From the IMG/VR virus record IMGVR_UViG_3300042553_000326, positions 1 to 64,000 of that record: DNA of 64,000 nucleotides; one strand, written 5' to 3'. A program made the position numbers and the translations under genes. The notes under the pieces are model-generated. The model had not been told where the DNA came from. It ran no database searches and saw only the letters and a list, made by a program, of their open reading frames with translations. This document shows positions 47,024 to 54,413 of this stretch, piece by piece; the first letter of the stretch is position 1, and each line of letters opens with the position of its first letter. This stretch comes from a virus.

Positions 47024-47414
47024 CTCGTAATATTAAAGCCTGAAGTTTACAATCCACATTCTCGAAATACAACTCGTTACTGTCCTTATCATACCATGCT
47101 ATAACCTCAGCCATGAATCGATCAAGCTTAATATTCCAACAAATTAAATCATTAAGCTTTTTCTTTGCAGTTTCGTAAGTATCCTCATCGCAGGTGACTC
47201 CGAGATGTGCAGACACAAGAGCTTCATCTACAGTACGCTCCCATACATTACACTTGAGTATAGTCTCTTGCCACAGTCTCCAGGCTAATTGTGTAGCAGG
47301 ATTTGTGTAGGTGTCAGCTCCATTTACATTGTGACCGCGTTCGAAATTCCAGGCACCATTATTGCAAGCCCACGATATAAACTTTTCATGCTCAACTTTA
47401 GTATTGGTCGCCAT
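47013..47414 (-). CDS. Hypothetical protein (133 aa)
   Basis: Operon packing; Y....TQLAW..WQ motif common in small phage proteins. Confidence 0.65.
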   Translation of the reverse strand: MATNTKVEHEKFISWACNNGAWNFERGHNVNGADTYTNPATQLAWRLWQETILKCNVWERTVDEALVSAHLGVTCDEDTYETAKKKLNDLICWNIKLDRFMAEVIAWYDKDSNELYFENVDCKLQALILRDGE

Positions 47415-47620
47415 GTTAGAAATTCATCTCAATAAAGTCAAGAAGGTCGCTCATATTCTCAAATACCTTGCTCTGCGGGCGGTCATCAGCAATATACCAC
47501 CTTAGGTTAAACTTTCCAGTTGCTGTCGGTAATACAGTAAGACTAGTCCAATCAAACATTTACTCTCTCCTTTGTGAAATTTTATAGGTACTCTCTGTTG
47601 CCAAAGAGTACACTAAAACA

Positions 47621-48604
47621 TCACTTAAGTCGAATGCCCTCGATATAGGATAAATCAAGTGCCTTCTGCGTCTTCACATTCTCTTTACCATACAGTGTTT
47701 GCATAGCAGATGAGATAGCATGCTGTAGTGACGACGGTGTCATCTCATAATCGGCTACAATGTGCTGCCTTGTTTCACCTACATTCATATCCTTGACAAG
47801 ACTACTCCAGAATTCCTTACTACGACGCTGAGGTGTCTTCTCTTCTTGCGGGCGTGATAGGTTAATGTTAATAGCTTTAAGTTCAGCTAGAATCTCATTC
47901 AGCAGCATATGAGTGACTTCAACTGACTCCACTATCTTAGGTTTCTCAGCTTCAATGCTCGGCTTCGGCGGTTCAACTTTAATAGACTTCATAGTGATAG
48001 TTCCCTTCTTTGGATTAGGAATTACAGGTTGTTTGACTTTGATAGGCCGGGGCACATAATAGATAATGTTAGGTGCCTTACCCTTCTGTTCGATCTCAGA
48101 GTTGTTCACTAGGTACCGGAGATAGTCGTCGAAGTGTGAATTATCATTAAACCTAAGCTTTGCGTTAATTGCGGCTTCTAACAGCTTTCTCCTGGTCATC
48201 CCATGTGCAGACTTGCTAAGTAATGCTTTCAGTTCACCCATAGAGTTCTTAAGTTTAGTGGCCTCATCGCTGTCGTCATTCTCTATATCTAGCTGATAGA
48301 ATTGCTTACAAGCATAGCAATAACCTGTATAATCAGCGTAGAGTTCGAGTGAGTTTGGATTACCACATTTACATGGCCGATTCCGAGATATGACCTTTCC
48401 TTTTTTAAGTTCACGTTCCATGACTCTTCGGATATCTCGCTTAAGCATATCTATGTAATGGATATCACTAGATGTTTTAGAAACAGTAATAAGATCACCT
48501 CGTGGCGATGACAGTTTGAGATGCTTAGTACCATTCTCGAGAGTCCAACCACATTTTAACAATGGTGCAATTACTGCATCAGCTTCTTTATCCTGTGTCA
48601 ACAT
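47621..48604 (-). CDS. Multidomain protein: HicA-like N-terminus, primase-type Zn ribbon, putative DNA-binding C-terminal domains
   Basis: GWTLENGTKHLKLSSP.G..ITVS.T.SD; RPCKCG...ELYAD.TGYCYAC; GAGGGG RBS before ATG 48604. Confidence 0.65.
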   Translation of the reverse strand: MLTQDKEADAVIAPLLKCGWTLENGTKHLKLSSPRGDLITVSKTSSDIHYIDMLKRDIRRVMERELKKGKVISRNRPCKCGNPNSLELYADYTGYCYACKQFYQLDIENDDSDEATKLKNSMGELKALLSKSAHGMTRRKLLEAAINAKLRFNDNSHFDDYLRYLVNNSEIEQKGKAPNIIYYVPRPIKVKQPVIPNPKKGTITMKSIKVEPPKPSIEAEKPKIVESVEVTHMLLNEILAELKAININLSRPQEEKTPQRRSKEFWSSLVKDMNVGETRQHIVADYEMTPSSLQHAISSAMQTLYGKENVKTQKALDLSYIEGIRLK

Positions 48605-48623
48605 CTGTAGTCCCCTCTTGCTC

Positions 48624-48672
48624 AAAAAAAAAAAAAAAAAAAATTATTTAACAAATAACGCCCCGGAGGGCG
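48624..48672 (-). terminator. GC hairpin followed by a 20-nt T tract
   Basis: CGCCC-TCCG-GGGCG, then TTATTTGTTAAATAA, then T20 (48624-48643). Confidence 0.65.
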
Positions 48673-48953
48673 CTATGAAACAGACAACCCAAATTACACT
48701 CAAGGGTGCACAGCCACATGTTCTGATCTCAATCTGCGTTTCACTTAGTTAGCGCATCATGCGTCTCACATTACAGGCCTCTCGAATGTAATCCAGGTTG
48801 CCGACTCTAGTATTTCCTGTAGCCCAGGACCATACTGAAATCAACAGCTTGCACTATCATACCTGCTGTCAGAGGTAAGTAGTACCGTACAGTTCTGACG
48901 CTTTGACATGCGTCCCCTCCTCCATGCAAGACTGTAGGCTCGCTGGCAGTAAA

Positions 48954-49292
48954 TCATTCCCTTACAGCATTATTTGAATCAGTGTGTCCTTCAGGAAGAG
49001 ATACACCCCAGATCTGCTCTGCATCAAGAAACACAGACTGTGGGTGATCGTCAATCCAGACGTTAGGCTGAATGCCTATATTCTTCATGTACTGTTTCTT
49101 AGCTGTACGTGAGGAATAAAACACATTCTCTTCACCGATGTAGCTTTCTAAGGTCTTGTCAATGCCTTCAGATTTATACCGCATTGTTACGACCACAACC
49201 CTATGTCCACGAGATTCTGCAGATGTTATAAATACCATCCACATACCAGGATCCTCTGTGTACGTCCCGTCATAATCCAAAGCTATGATCAA
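48954..49292 (-). CDS. HAD-superfamily phosphatase (cap-less)
   Basis: ALDYDGT motif I, VVTMR motif II, K, WIDD motif IV. Confidence 0.85.
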   Translation of the reverse strand: MIIALDYDGTYTEDPGMWMVFITSAESRGHRVVVVTMRYKSEGIDKTLESYIGEENVFYSSRTAKKQYMKNIGIQPNVWIDDHPQSVFLDAEQIWGVSLPEGHTDSNNAVRE

Positions 49293-49478
49293 GATTTTCC
49301 TCCGTTAATACTGACAAGAATAAGCCTTGCATCCTTAAATTCTTTCTTAAGGTGCTCGTAGAAGAGTGTCATACAAGAGACCTCTTCATTTACCACGTAC
49401 TGCTGATCTCTCAGATTATTACCACGTTTCTGATAAATGTAGATCTTGTTGATTGACACTTGCTTCTCCTTTTAAATG

Positions 49479-49555
49479 TGGTCTCTCGAGATGGAATCGA
49501 ACCATCGACCAACCGCTTAGAAGGCGGTTACTCTTATCCGCTGAGCTATCGAGAG
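49479..49555 (-). tRNA. tRNA-Arg (UCU)
   Basis: CTCTCGA acceptor, ACCGC-CTTCTAA-GCGGT anticodon arm, GTTCGATTC T-loop, encoded CCA. Confidence 0.93.
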
Positions 49556-50013
49556 TATACTGTATATTTATCGATAAGATTGTTGTCTACTGCAGACTGC
49601 ATTTCTTCTGACAACCCGTCTAACTGGGCCTTTCTAGAAAATTTACCACTACAACTCCTAGAACAGAATACACCGTATTTCTTAACGGCTGTTTGAAATG
49701 CCTGTCTGTAGCTACGTTCGAATACGCATTTGCACTGTGGGCACTCTAATAAACAAGTCAAGACACCCTGCTCATAACCATGCATTCTCATATGCTCGAT
49801 GCGATCCATAACCTGAAGATTATCTACACTATTATCCCGCTTGTCATGATTTTTATGATGCACAATCTCTTCGGACGTAAGTAATCTGCCTAATTTATTT
49901 TCCATAATGATTCTGTGGTGAAACACATAGCCTAACACAGTAGCATTTGGGTGGTCCGGCACTTTAGCGTAAATATAGTCGCCTTTTGAGACAATACCTT
50001 GTATTATCCACAT
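49546..50013 (-). CDS. HNH homing endonuclease with C-terminal Zn finger
   Basis: YVFHHRIIME..LGR.L...EIVHHKN.DKRDN...NL; CPQC...FCSRSC. Confidence 0.9.
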   Translation of the reverse strand: MWIIQGIVSKGDYIYAKVPDHPNATVLGYVFHHRIIMENKLGRLLTSEEIVHHKNHDKRDNSVDNLQVMDRIEHMRMHGYEQGVLTCLLECPQCKCVFERSYRQAFQTAVKKYGVFCSRSCSGKFSRKAQLDGLSEEMQSAVDNNLIDKYTVYSR

Positions 50014-50045
50014 AACGATCTCTTTCTGTAAATGGTTAGCGTAAG

Positions 50046-50204
50046 TTAATATTCCTGATAATCTTCAGGGTAAGGCTGTGGTGGACCGCTGTAGAATGGA
50101 TTCTTGTACCACACATCTCTGTCGGACAGTATCCAGGCTAGATCAGGACGATCCCTACCAACATTTAATGCGTATTCCCTGTCCGCTTGCTCTTCAAAGG
50201 ACAT
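50046..50204 (-). CDS. Small hypothetical protein (52 aa, ...AWILSDRDVWYKNPFYSGPP...)
   Basis: Translated by hand; fills the gap in the operon. Confidence 0.6.
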   Translation of the reverse strand: MSFEEQADREYALNVGRDRPDLAWILSDRDVWYKNPFYSGPPQPYPEDYQEY

Positions 50205-50211
50205 ATTTAAT

Positions 50212-50583
50212 CTACTTATAGTAGATAAAGACGCCGTTTCTGGATTTTTGAGAGGTACCTACAACACCTGCCCCGAATACGTCCTTACAGGCGTTCTTAA
50301 CCGCAGTGCCGAAGGCTCTAAGTGGAGTATCTGGTGGGGTGAAGAAGAACATTGACTCACCTGGCGCTAATTTAGCCACCTTGATATTCAACTTCTCCTT
50401 TAAGAAATTATACTGTTCAGCTTTAGGAGTGGGTGCTTTCCTATTCTTAGGGGACGCTCTTTTACTAATTAATTTCAGCGGCTCCTCAACTATTTTTATC
50501 TTGCGCTCAATATCTACCGCGAGCTCCTTCTTCTTAAACTGTCTGTCCATGTACCTTATCTGACTCTCAGTCCTTGCATCCAT
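50212..50583 (-). CDS. Hypothetical basic protein, possibly DNA-binding
   Basis: Coupled ORF; C-terminus resembles the C-terminus of 47621-48604. Confidence 0.65.
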   Translation of the reverse strand: MDARTESQIRYMDRQFKKKELAVDIERKIKIVEEPLKLISKRASPKNRKAPTPKAEQYNFLKEKLNIKVAKLAPGESMFFFTPPDTPLRAFGTAVKNACKDVFGAGVVGTSQKSRNGVFIYYK

Positions 50584-50775
50584 TTATTGACCTTGCTCCG
50601 TCTCGATCATAGCATCGTGAATGTACTTATGTTGCGCATTCAATGCTGAACGAATAGAGTCGTTCTCGTTCTCACTAATGAAGATTTCGCCTTTTCGATC
50701 GATCATTGCAATTTCCCAACCAAGCTTACGAATTACTGCAGCTGCTTCTGTTGCGGTTTCAAATTCTTTATCCAT
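50584..50775 (-). CDS. Hypothetical protein (63 aa)
   Basis: GGAG RBS. Confidence 0.6.
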   Translation of the reverse strand: MDKEFETATEAAAVIRKLGWEIAMIDRKGEIFISENENDSIRSALNAQHKYIHDAMIETEQGQ

Positions 50776-50805
50776 TTTTATTTCTCCGTTTGTAATATGT
50801 GGGGG

Positions 50806-50877
50806 TTCCCTATGTCTGGATCAAACAGACGACCTATCGCTTACAAGGCGATTGCTCTGTCACTGAGCTAATAGGGA
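50806..50877 (-). tRNA. tRNA-Thr (UGU), atypical elbow, no encoded CCA
   Basis: TCCCTAT/ATAGGGA acceptor, ATCGC-CTTGTAA-GCGAT anticodon arm, T arm GTCTG-TTTGATC-CAGAC. Confidence 0.85.
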
Positions 50878-50959
50878 ATAGATCGGTTAACCTTAAAGCC
50901 GATACCATGCACCGAAAGGTCTGGCATCCGCGATACGTAGGTGTATCACTCCTAAACGG

Positions 50960-51033
50960 TGGCCCCTGTTGGACTCGAACCAACAACCAAAGGATTATGA
51001 GTCCTCTGCTCTCACCAATTGAGCTAAAGGGCC
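50960..51033 (-). tRNA. tRNA with CAU anticodon, Ile2 (lysidine)-type body, no encoded CCA
   Basis: GGCCCTT/AGGGGCC acceptor and GA-CTCATAA-TC arm resemble bacterial tRNA-Ile2 rather than Met. Confidence 0.85.
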
Positions 51034-51040
51034 GTACTAC

Positions 51041-51259
51041 TTAATCGCGCTGCATGAAGTCGCCAAGAGACATCGACACACCGGCGTAGTTACTGCCACG
51101 ACCCCAGGGAGCATATTTATTACGCTCCAGAGACCTCCAGTCGACACACGAGATGCGAACCTTTCCATGGTACTGCGGAAAGCCCTCTTTGGCATTGGGA
51201 TGCGGGACACAAGCCAGATTGCGCTTCGTCATCTTAACAACCATGTTCGGATTAAACAT
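51041..51259 (-). CDS. Hypothetical protein (72 aa)
   Basis: AGGAG RBS. Confidence 0.6.
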   Translation of the reverse strand: MFNPNMVVKMTKRNLACVPHPNAKEGFPQYHGKVRISCVDWRSLERNKYAPWGRGSNYAGVSMSLGDFMQRD

Positions 51260-51455
51260 TTACAGCTCCTTCTGATTTAACGTAACCTCTGATATAGAAC
51301 TTAAGACGTTCTTCATCTTTCTTAAGCTCCGCTTCTGTAGCTCTGAAATCAGGATTCAGTATTGCAAACCCTTTATCCCACAGCTCAGGTGTCATACACA
51401 TTGTTCTGAATATGAAACCCTTATGCACAACAGTGACGCAACGAATACTCGCCAT
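51252..51455 (-). CDS. Hypothetical protein (67 aa)
   Basis: AGGAG RBS. Confidence 0.6.
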   Translation of the reverse strand: MASIRCVTVVHKGFIFRTMCMTPELWDKGFAILNPDFRATEAELKKDEERLKFYIRGYVKSEGAVNV

Positions 51456-51711
51456 TTCTGAGTCTCCTGTTAGCCTTCAATTTGCTGAGTTCATGCGTGT
51501 AGACCTCATTCTCAAATATTGCCAAGAGGTCTGCCTTACTACTAAGACCATGCTTCACATTCATAATCCAGGTCTTACCATGAACATGCCTGAAGATGTC
51601 TTTCTCCCACGTTAGTACGTAGTTACCCTCAGCGGTAATACCTAGAATACGATACTCGGTTCCGATGCGATGCTTCTTTTGCGTTGTAAATTTCTTGGTA
51701 TTGATGTCCAC
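51421..51711 (-). CDS. Hypothetical protein (96 aa)
   Basis: GAGG RBS, GTG start. Confidence 0.55.
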   Translation of the reverse strand: MDINTKKFTTQKKHRIGTEYRILGITAEGNYVLTWEKDIFRHVHGKTWIMNVKHGLSSKADLLAIFENEVYTHELSKLKANRRLRNGEYSLRHCCA

Positions 51712-51738
51712 GGTAATATCCTCATGCGTTAAACTACG

Positions 51739-51942
51739 TTATTTATTAAACCACACAACATGTGTTGCCCAGGAGGGCGTAGCCCACCAGCAACTACTTT
51801 TAGCGTCGTAGAACTCAGAATTGGCAAAGTATCCGACACCGTCGTCTTCCACAAACTCGCCTTCATCTACTGCTTCGCTGAACTCTTCCACAGTGAAGAC
51901 ATCACAATGCTCTTCAGAGGGAATTACACATGGTTTTTCCAT
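51739..51942 (-). CDS. Hypothetical acidic protein (67 aa)
   Basis: AAGGAG RBS; F..DDG.GYFA...WATHVVWFNK. Confidence 0.7.
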   Translation of the reverse strand: MEKPCVIPSEEHCDVFTVEEFSEAVDEGEFVEDDGVGYFANSEFYDAKSSCWWATPSWATHVVWFNK

Positions 51943-51955
51943 AATACTCCTTTAG

Positions 51956-52040
51956 TGGTCCGAGGAACGGGAATCGAACCCGTATAGCTATCGCTGGCAG
52001 ATTTTAAGTCTGCTGTGTCTACCAATTTCACCACCCTCGG
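51956..52040 (-). tRNA. tRNA-Leu (UAA)
   Basis: GCAGA-CTTAAAA-TCTGC anticodon arm, long variable arm, GGTTCGATTCC, encoded CCA. Confidence 0.93.
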
Positions 52041-52047
52041 TAATACA

Positions 52048-52194
52048 TTAGCGACAGATAGCTTGATAGTACTTCGTATAACCTTGGACATTGCATACAG
52101 CTATGCCACCAGCTAATACGTAGCCTTCTTCAATCCACTGTCTGACAATAGCTTCAAGCTCTATTACCGAACCAGCTGTAAGCACTCTATACAT
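52048..52194 (-). CDS. Small protein, DUF1737-like (48 aa)
   Basis: Translated by hand: MYRVLT....ELE..V...IEEGYVLAGGIAV.....YYQAI. Confidence 0.6.
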   Translation of the reverse strand: MYRVLTAGSVIELEAIVRQWIEEGYVLAGGIAVCNVQGYTKYYQAICR

Positions 52195-52417
52195 GATACT
52201 GATTCTCCAGCTTACGAAGACGGATACGCCAGGTATTATGACGTATCTTTTTATCTTCTAAAAGTTCGCGTATCTCATGCAACTGCTTTTCTAGCTGATT
52301 GCAATCTTGTTCAAGCTGCACTACGATAAATTCCATCATATCATGCGTATAGGTTTCTAGTGTAGCACCGTTTTCGGCAGACATTATTTCCCTTTCAACT
52401 GTAATTAATATTGACAT
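52187..52417 (-). CDS. Hypothetical coiled-coil protein
   Basis: Operon packing. Confidence 0.6.
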   Translation of the reverse strand: MSILITVEREIMSAENGATLETYTHDMMEFIVVQLEQDCNQLEKQLHEIRELLEDKKIRHNTWRIRLRKLENQYHV

Positions 52418-52718
52418 TGTTAGCTATTGCCTGTCTGAACAACTCTTTCAAATCGCGAATCCTATCTCGAACATACTCAAAGTTTCTACCACAGTAGACC
52501 ACATTACCATCTGCTATAGTAGGCTCAATGAAGTTCTGCATGAGATACCAATTATCAAGCTTCATAAGCATAGTATGAATCTGATCCTGGTTGAACTCAC
52601 CGCACTCCTCGTGAGGCATGTCAAGTATATCCATCAGATCAATAAAGTTCTTATTGGACATATTAACAAAATCCTCAATATCGCAATCAGCACACGACAT
52701 CGTAACACTCATTTTCAT
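52395..52718 (-). CDS. Hypothetical protein
   Basis: GAGGAG RBS before ATG 52718. Confidence 0.65.
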   Translation of the reverse strand: MKMSVTMSCADCDIEDFVNMSNKNFIDLMDILDMPHEECGEFNQDQIHTMLMKLDNWYLMQNFIEPTIADGNVVYCGRNFEYVRDRIRDLKELFRQAIANNVNINYS

Positions 52719-52788
52719 CTTCTCCTCTTGTAAAAGCTTACTAGAAGACACTCTTTTGGAATGCCCTCTATAAACTCAGTCTTTTGGA

Positions 52789-53004
52789 CTAGGCGTGTTT
52801 ATCGCAGATATTGTAAGACTTCACATACTTACCCTTACAGGTGCAGTATAGCAAATCACCTACCTTTTGTTTCACCTTCTGGCTGCAAGTCCCGCAGCTA
52901 GCTCCAGCTGCTTTCTTATCGGAGATCTTAACGTTATCCACCTTATTGAAAAATGGATGAATAACAGCACGTCCGAAATGTGGTACGGTCAACTGTACTT
53001 GCAT
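52789..53004 (-). CDS. Small Cys-rich (Zn-binding) protein
   Basis: AAGGAG RBS; CGTC...C.C...C..H. Confidence 0.6.
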   Translation of the reverse strand: MQVQLTVPHFGRAVIHPFFNKVDNVKISDKKAAGASCGTCSQKVKQKVGDLLYCTCKGKYVKSYNICDKHA

Positions 53005-53067
53005 GAACCAGCTCCTTTTAGCACGACGATTGAATTACCAGTGTTGTGCCAGACACTGACAACCTGC

Positions 53068-53099
53068 AAAAATAAACCCCAGGAGTATTCTCCTAGGGC
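53068..53099 (-). terminator. Intrinsic terminator
   Basis: CCCTAGGAG-AATA-CTCCTGGGG followed by TTTATTTTT; stem nearly identical to 4088-4111. Confidence 0.75.
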
Positions 53100-53301
53100 T
53101 CATTTTCTAGATTCTTTAAGATGTAGCATTCAGAGTGCGCATTCCGAATGAAACCTTTAGGCCTTCTAGTGACCTGTTAGCGTAGAGACGCTGAATTCAT
53201 GAACGGCTTCTTTAGAGTCCACACCGAAAACGGACTTAACTGAGCGACCAGTGGCTAGATCACGAGAAAGGGGAACATGATCCAGCGTCGCTTCAGTTGT
53301 A

Positions 53302-53877
53302 TTACGCGGCCTTCTTCTCAGCCTCTTCGCGAGCCTTCTTTGCGGCCTGAAGCTTAGCACGAGCTTCAGCAAGACGATTCAGGGTATCTTGAGTAACTTC
53401 ACGCTTCTCAATACCAGCTTCGTAGCCAGTCTTGATAGCCTCACCGTTAGTCATAACCCACTTGGCGACATCAGCGTTGCCATCAGCAAGCGCCGTCAGA
53501 GCAGCTTGAGCAGCAGCCAGAGCTTCGTCGTCCTTCAGACGCTTAACAGCAGGCCACTTGAAGCACTCAACCAGCTGATTAGCCTGCTCGATCACGAAAG
53601 CAGCCTTCTTATCTTCCTTCATCGTCTCAACAACGTGATCCATAGCCTTTTGCAGCTTGTTACGCTCCGTCTTCAGAACACGTCGCGACTTACCAGCGTC
53701 CAGCGCGGCAAGAATTTCATCTTCCTTCTCAACCAACCAGTTTACCAGTTCCTCGTTAGCGCCCTTGATAGCTTTGAACGCCTCCTTAATCTTCGGGAGA
53801 CGAATGAAGTCTTGAGCTTCTTGCTTAGTTGCAAAGAACTTACCATCAACGATGAAACCAGACTGAATATTGCTCAT
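53302..53877 (-). CDS. Hypothetical protein (191 aa) with high-expression codon bias
   Basis: AAGGA RBS; first gene after promoter copy 4; Ala/Lys/Glu-rich helical. Confidence 0.8.
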   Translation of the reverse strand: MSNIQSGFIVDGKFFATKQEAQDFIRLPKIKEAFKAIKGANEELVNWLVEKEDEILAALDAGKSRRVLKTERNKLQKAMDHVVETMKEDKKAAFVIEQANQLVECFKWPAVKRLKDDEALAAAQAALTALADGNADVAKWVMTNGEAIKTGYEAGIEKREVTQDTLNRLAEARAKLQAAKKAREEAEKKAA

Positions 53878-53927
53878 TTAATTTATTTCCTTTTTAATAA
53901 TGAAAATACGAAGTCTCTATTCTGAGC

Positions 53928-53954
53928 TTCATATAAGATACCCTTAAATCCGCA
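53928..53954 (-). promoter_or_regulatory. Putative phage-RNAP promoter, copy 4 (TGCGG-N7-GGTATCTTATATGAAG)
   Basis: Same core as copies 1-3, about 50 kb away. Confidence 0.8.
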
Positions 53955-54194
53955 AGGGCCACGGTCTACAAAACCTACACATATAGCATTGTTCATTAAT
54001 TCAACAGTTTCGACCGGCAAGACGCACCGACCGGACTGCCATGCTACTAAACGCAAAAGTCGCCCCAAAATGCCACGCGGCATACCCAGGTTGGCACGCT
54101 ACGCCACGTACGCAACGACGCCATAATGCCCCTATGGGGCGCGGTTCCGGCGGCAAGACGGAGCACTTTTGCAAGACTTCAATTACTGCTCTAC

Positions 54195-54413
54195 TTAGCT
54201 TGCTTCGATGCTAGTAACCTTACACAACGCCTTAAGTACAGCCACTTCACGATTTAACGTAATTAGTGCACGACTATGGCGTTCCTCTGCGATAGAAAGC
54301 CTTTCACTTGCCTTCTTAAATGCAGATTGCGACAATTTCATTTCCTTTGTTGCAGCTTCAAGTTCAGCCTGTAGCGTCGACAGCGGCATGCTCTTCTCAC
54401 TTTTTGCTTTCAT
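54195..54413 (-). CDS. Hypothetical coiled-coil protein (72 aa)
   Basis: GAGG RBS. Confidence 0.6.
   Translation of the reverse strand: MKAKSEKSMPLSTLQAELEAATKEMKLSQSAFKKASERLSIAEERHSRALITLNREVAVLKALCKVTSIEAS

Noticed and set aside
48673-48953. Identification of the candidate ncRNA as RNase P RNA or tmRNA
   Set aside because: No GAGGAAAGUCC/P4 signature, no tRNA-like ends and no tag peptide ending in ALAA-like residues
50960-51033. Calling the CAU tRNA initiator or elongator Met
   Set aside because: Paired G1-C72, no GGG/CCC anticodon stem, and body closely resembles bacterial tRNA-Ile2
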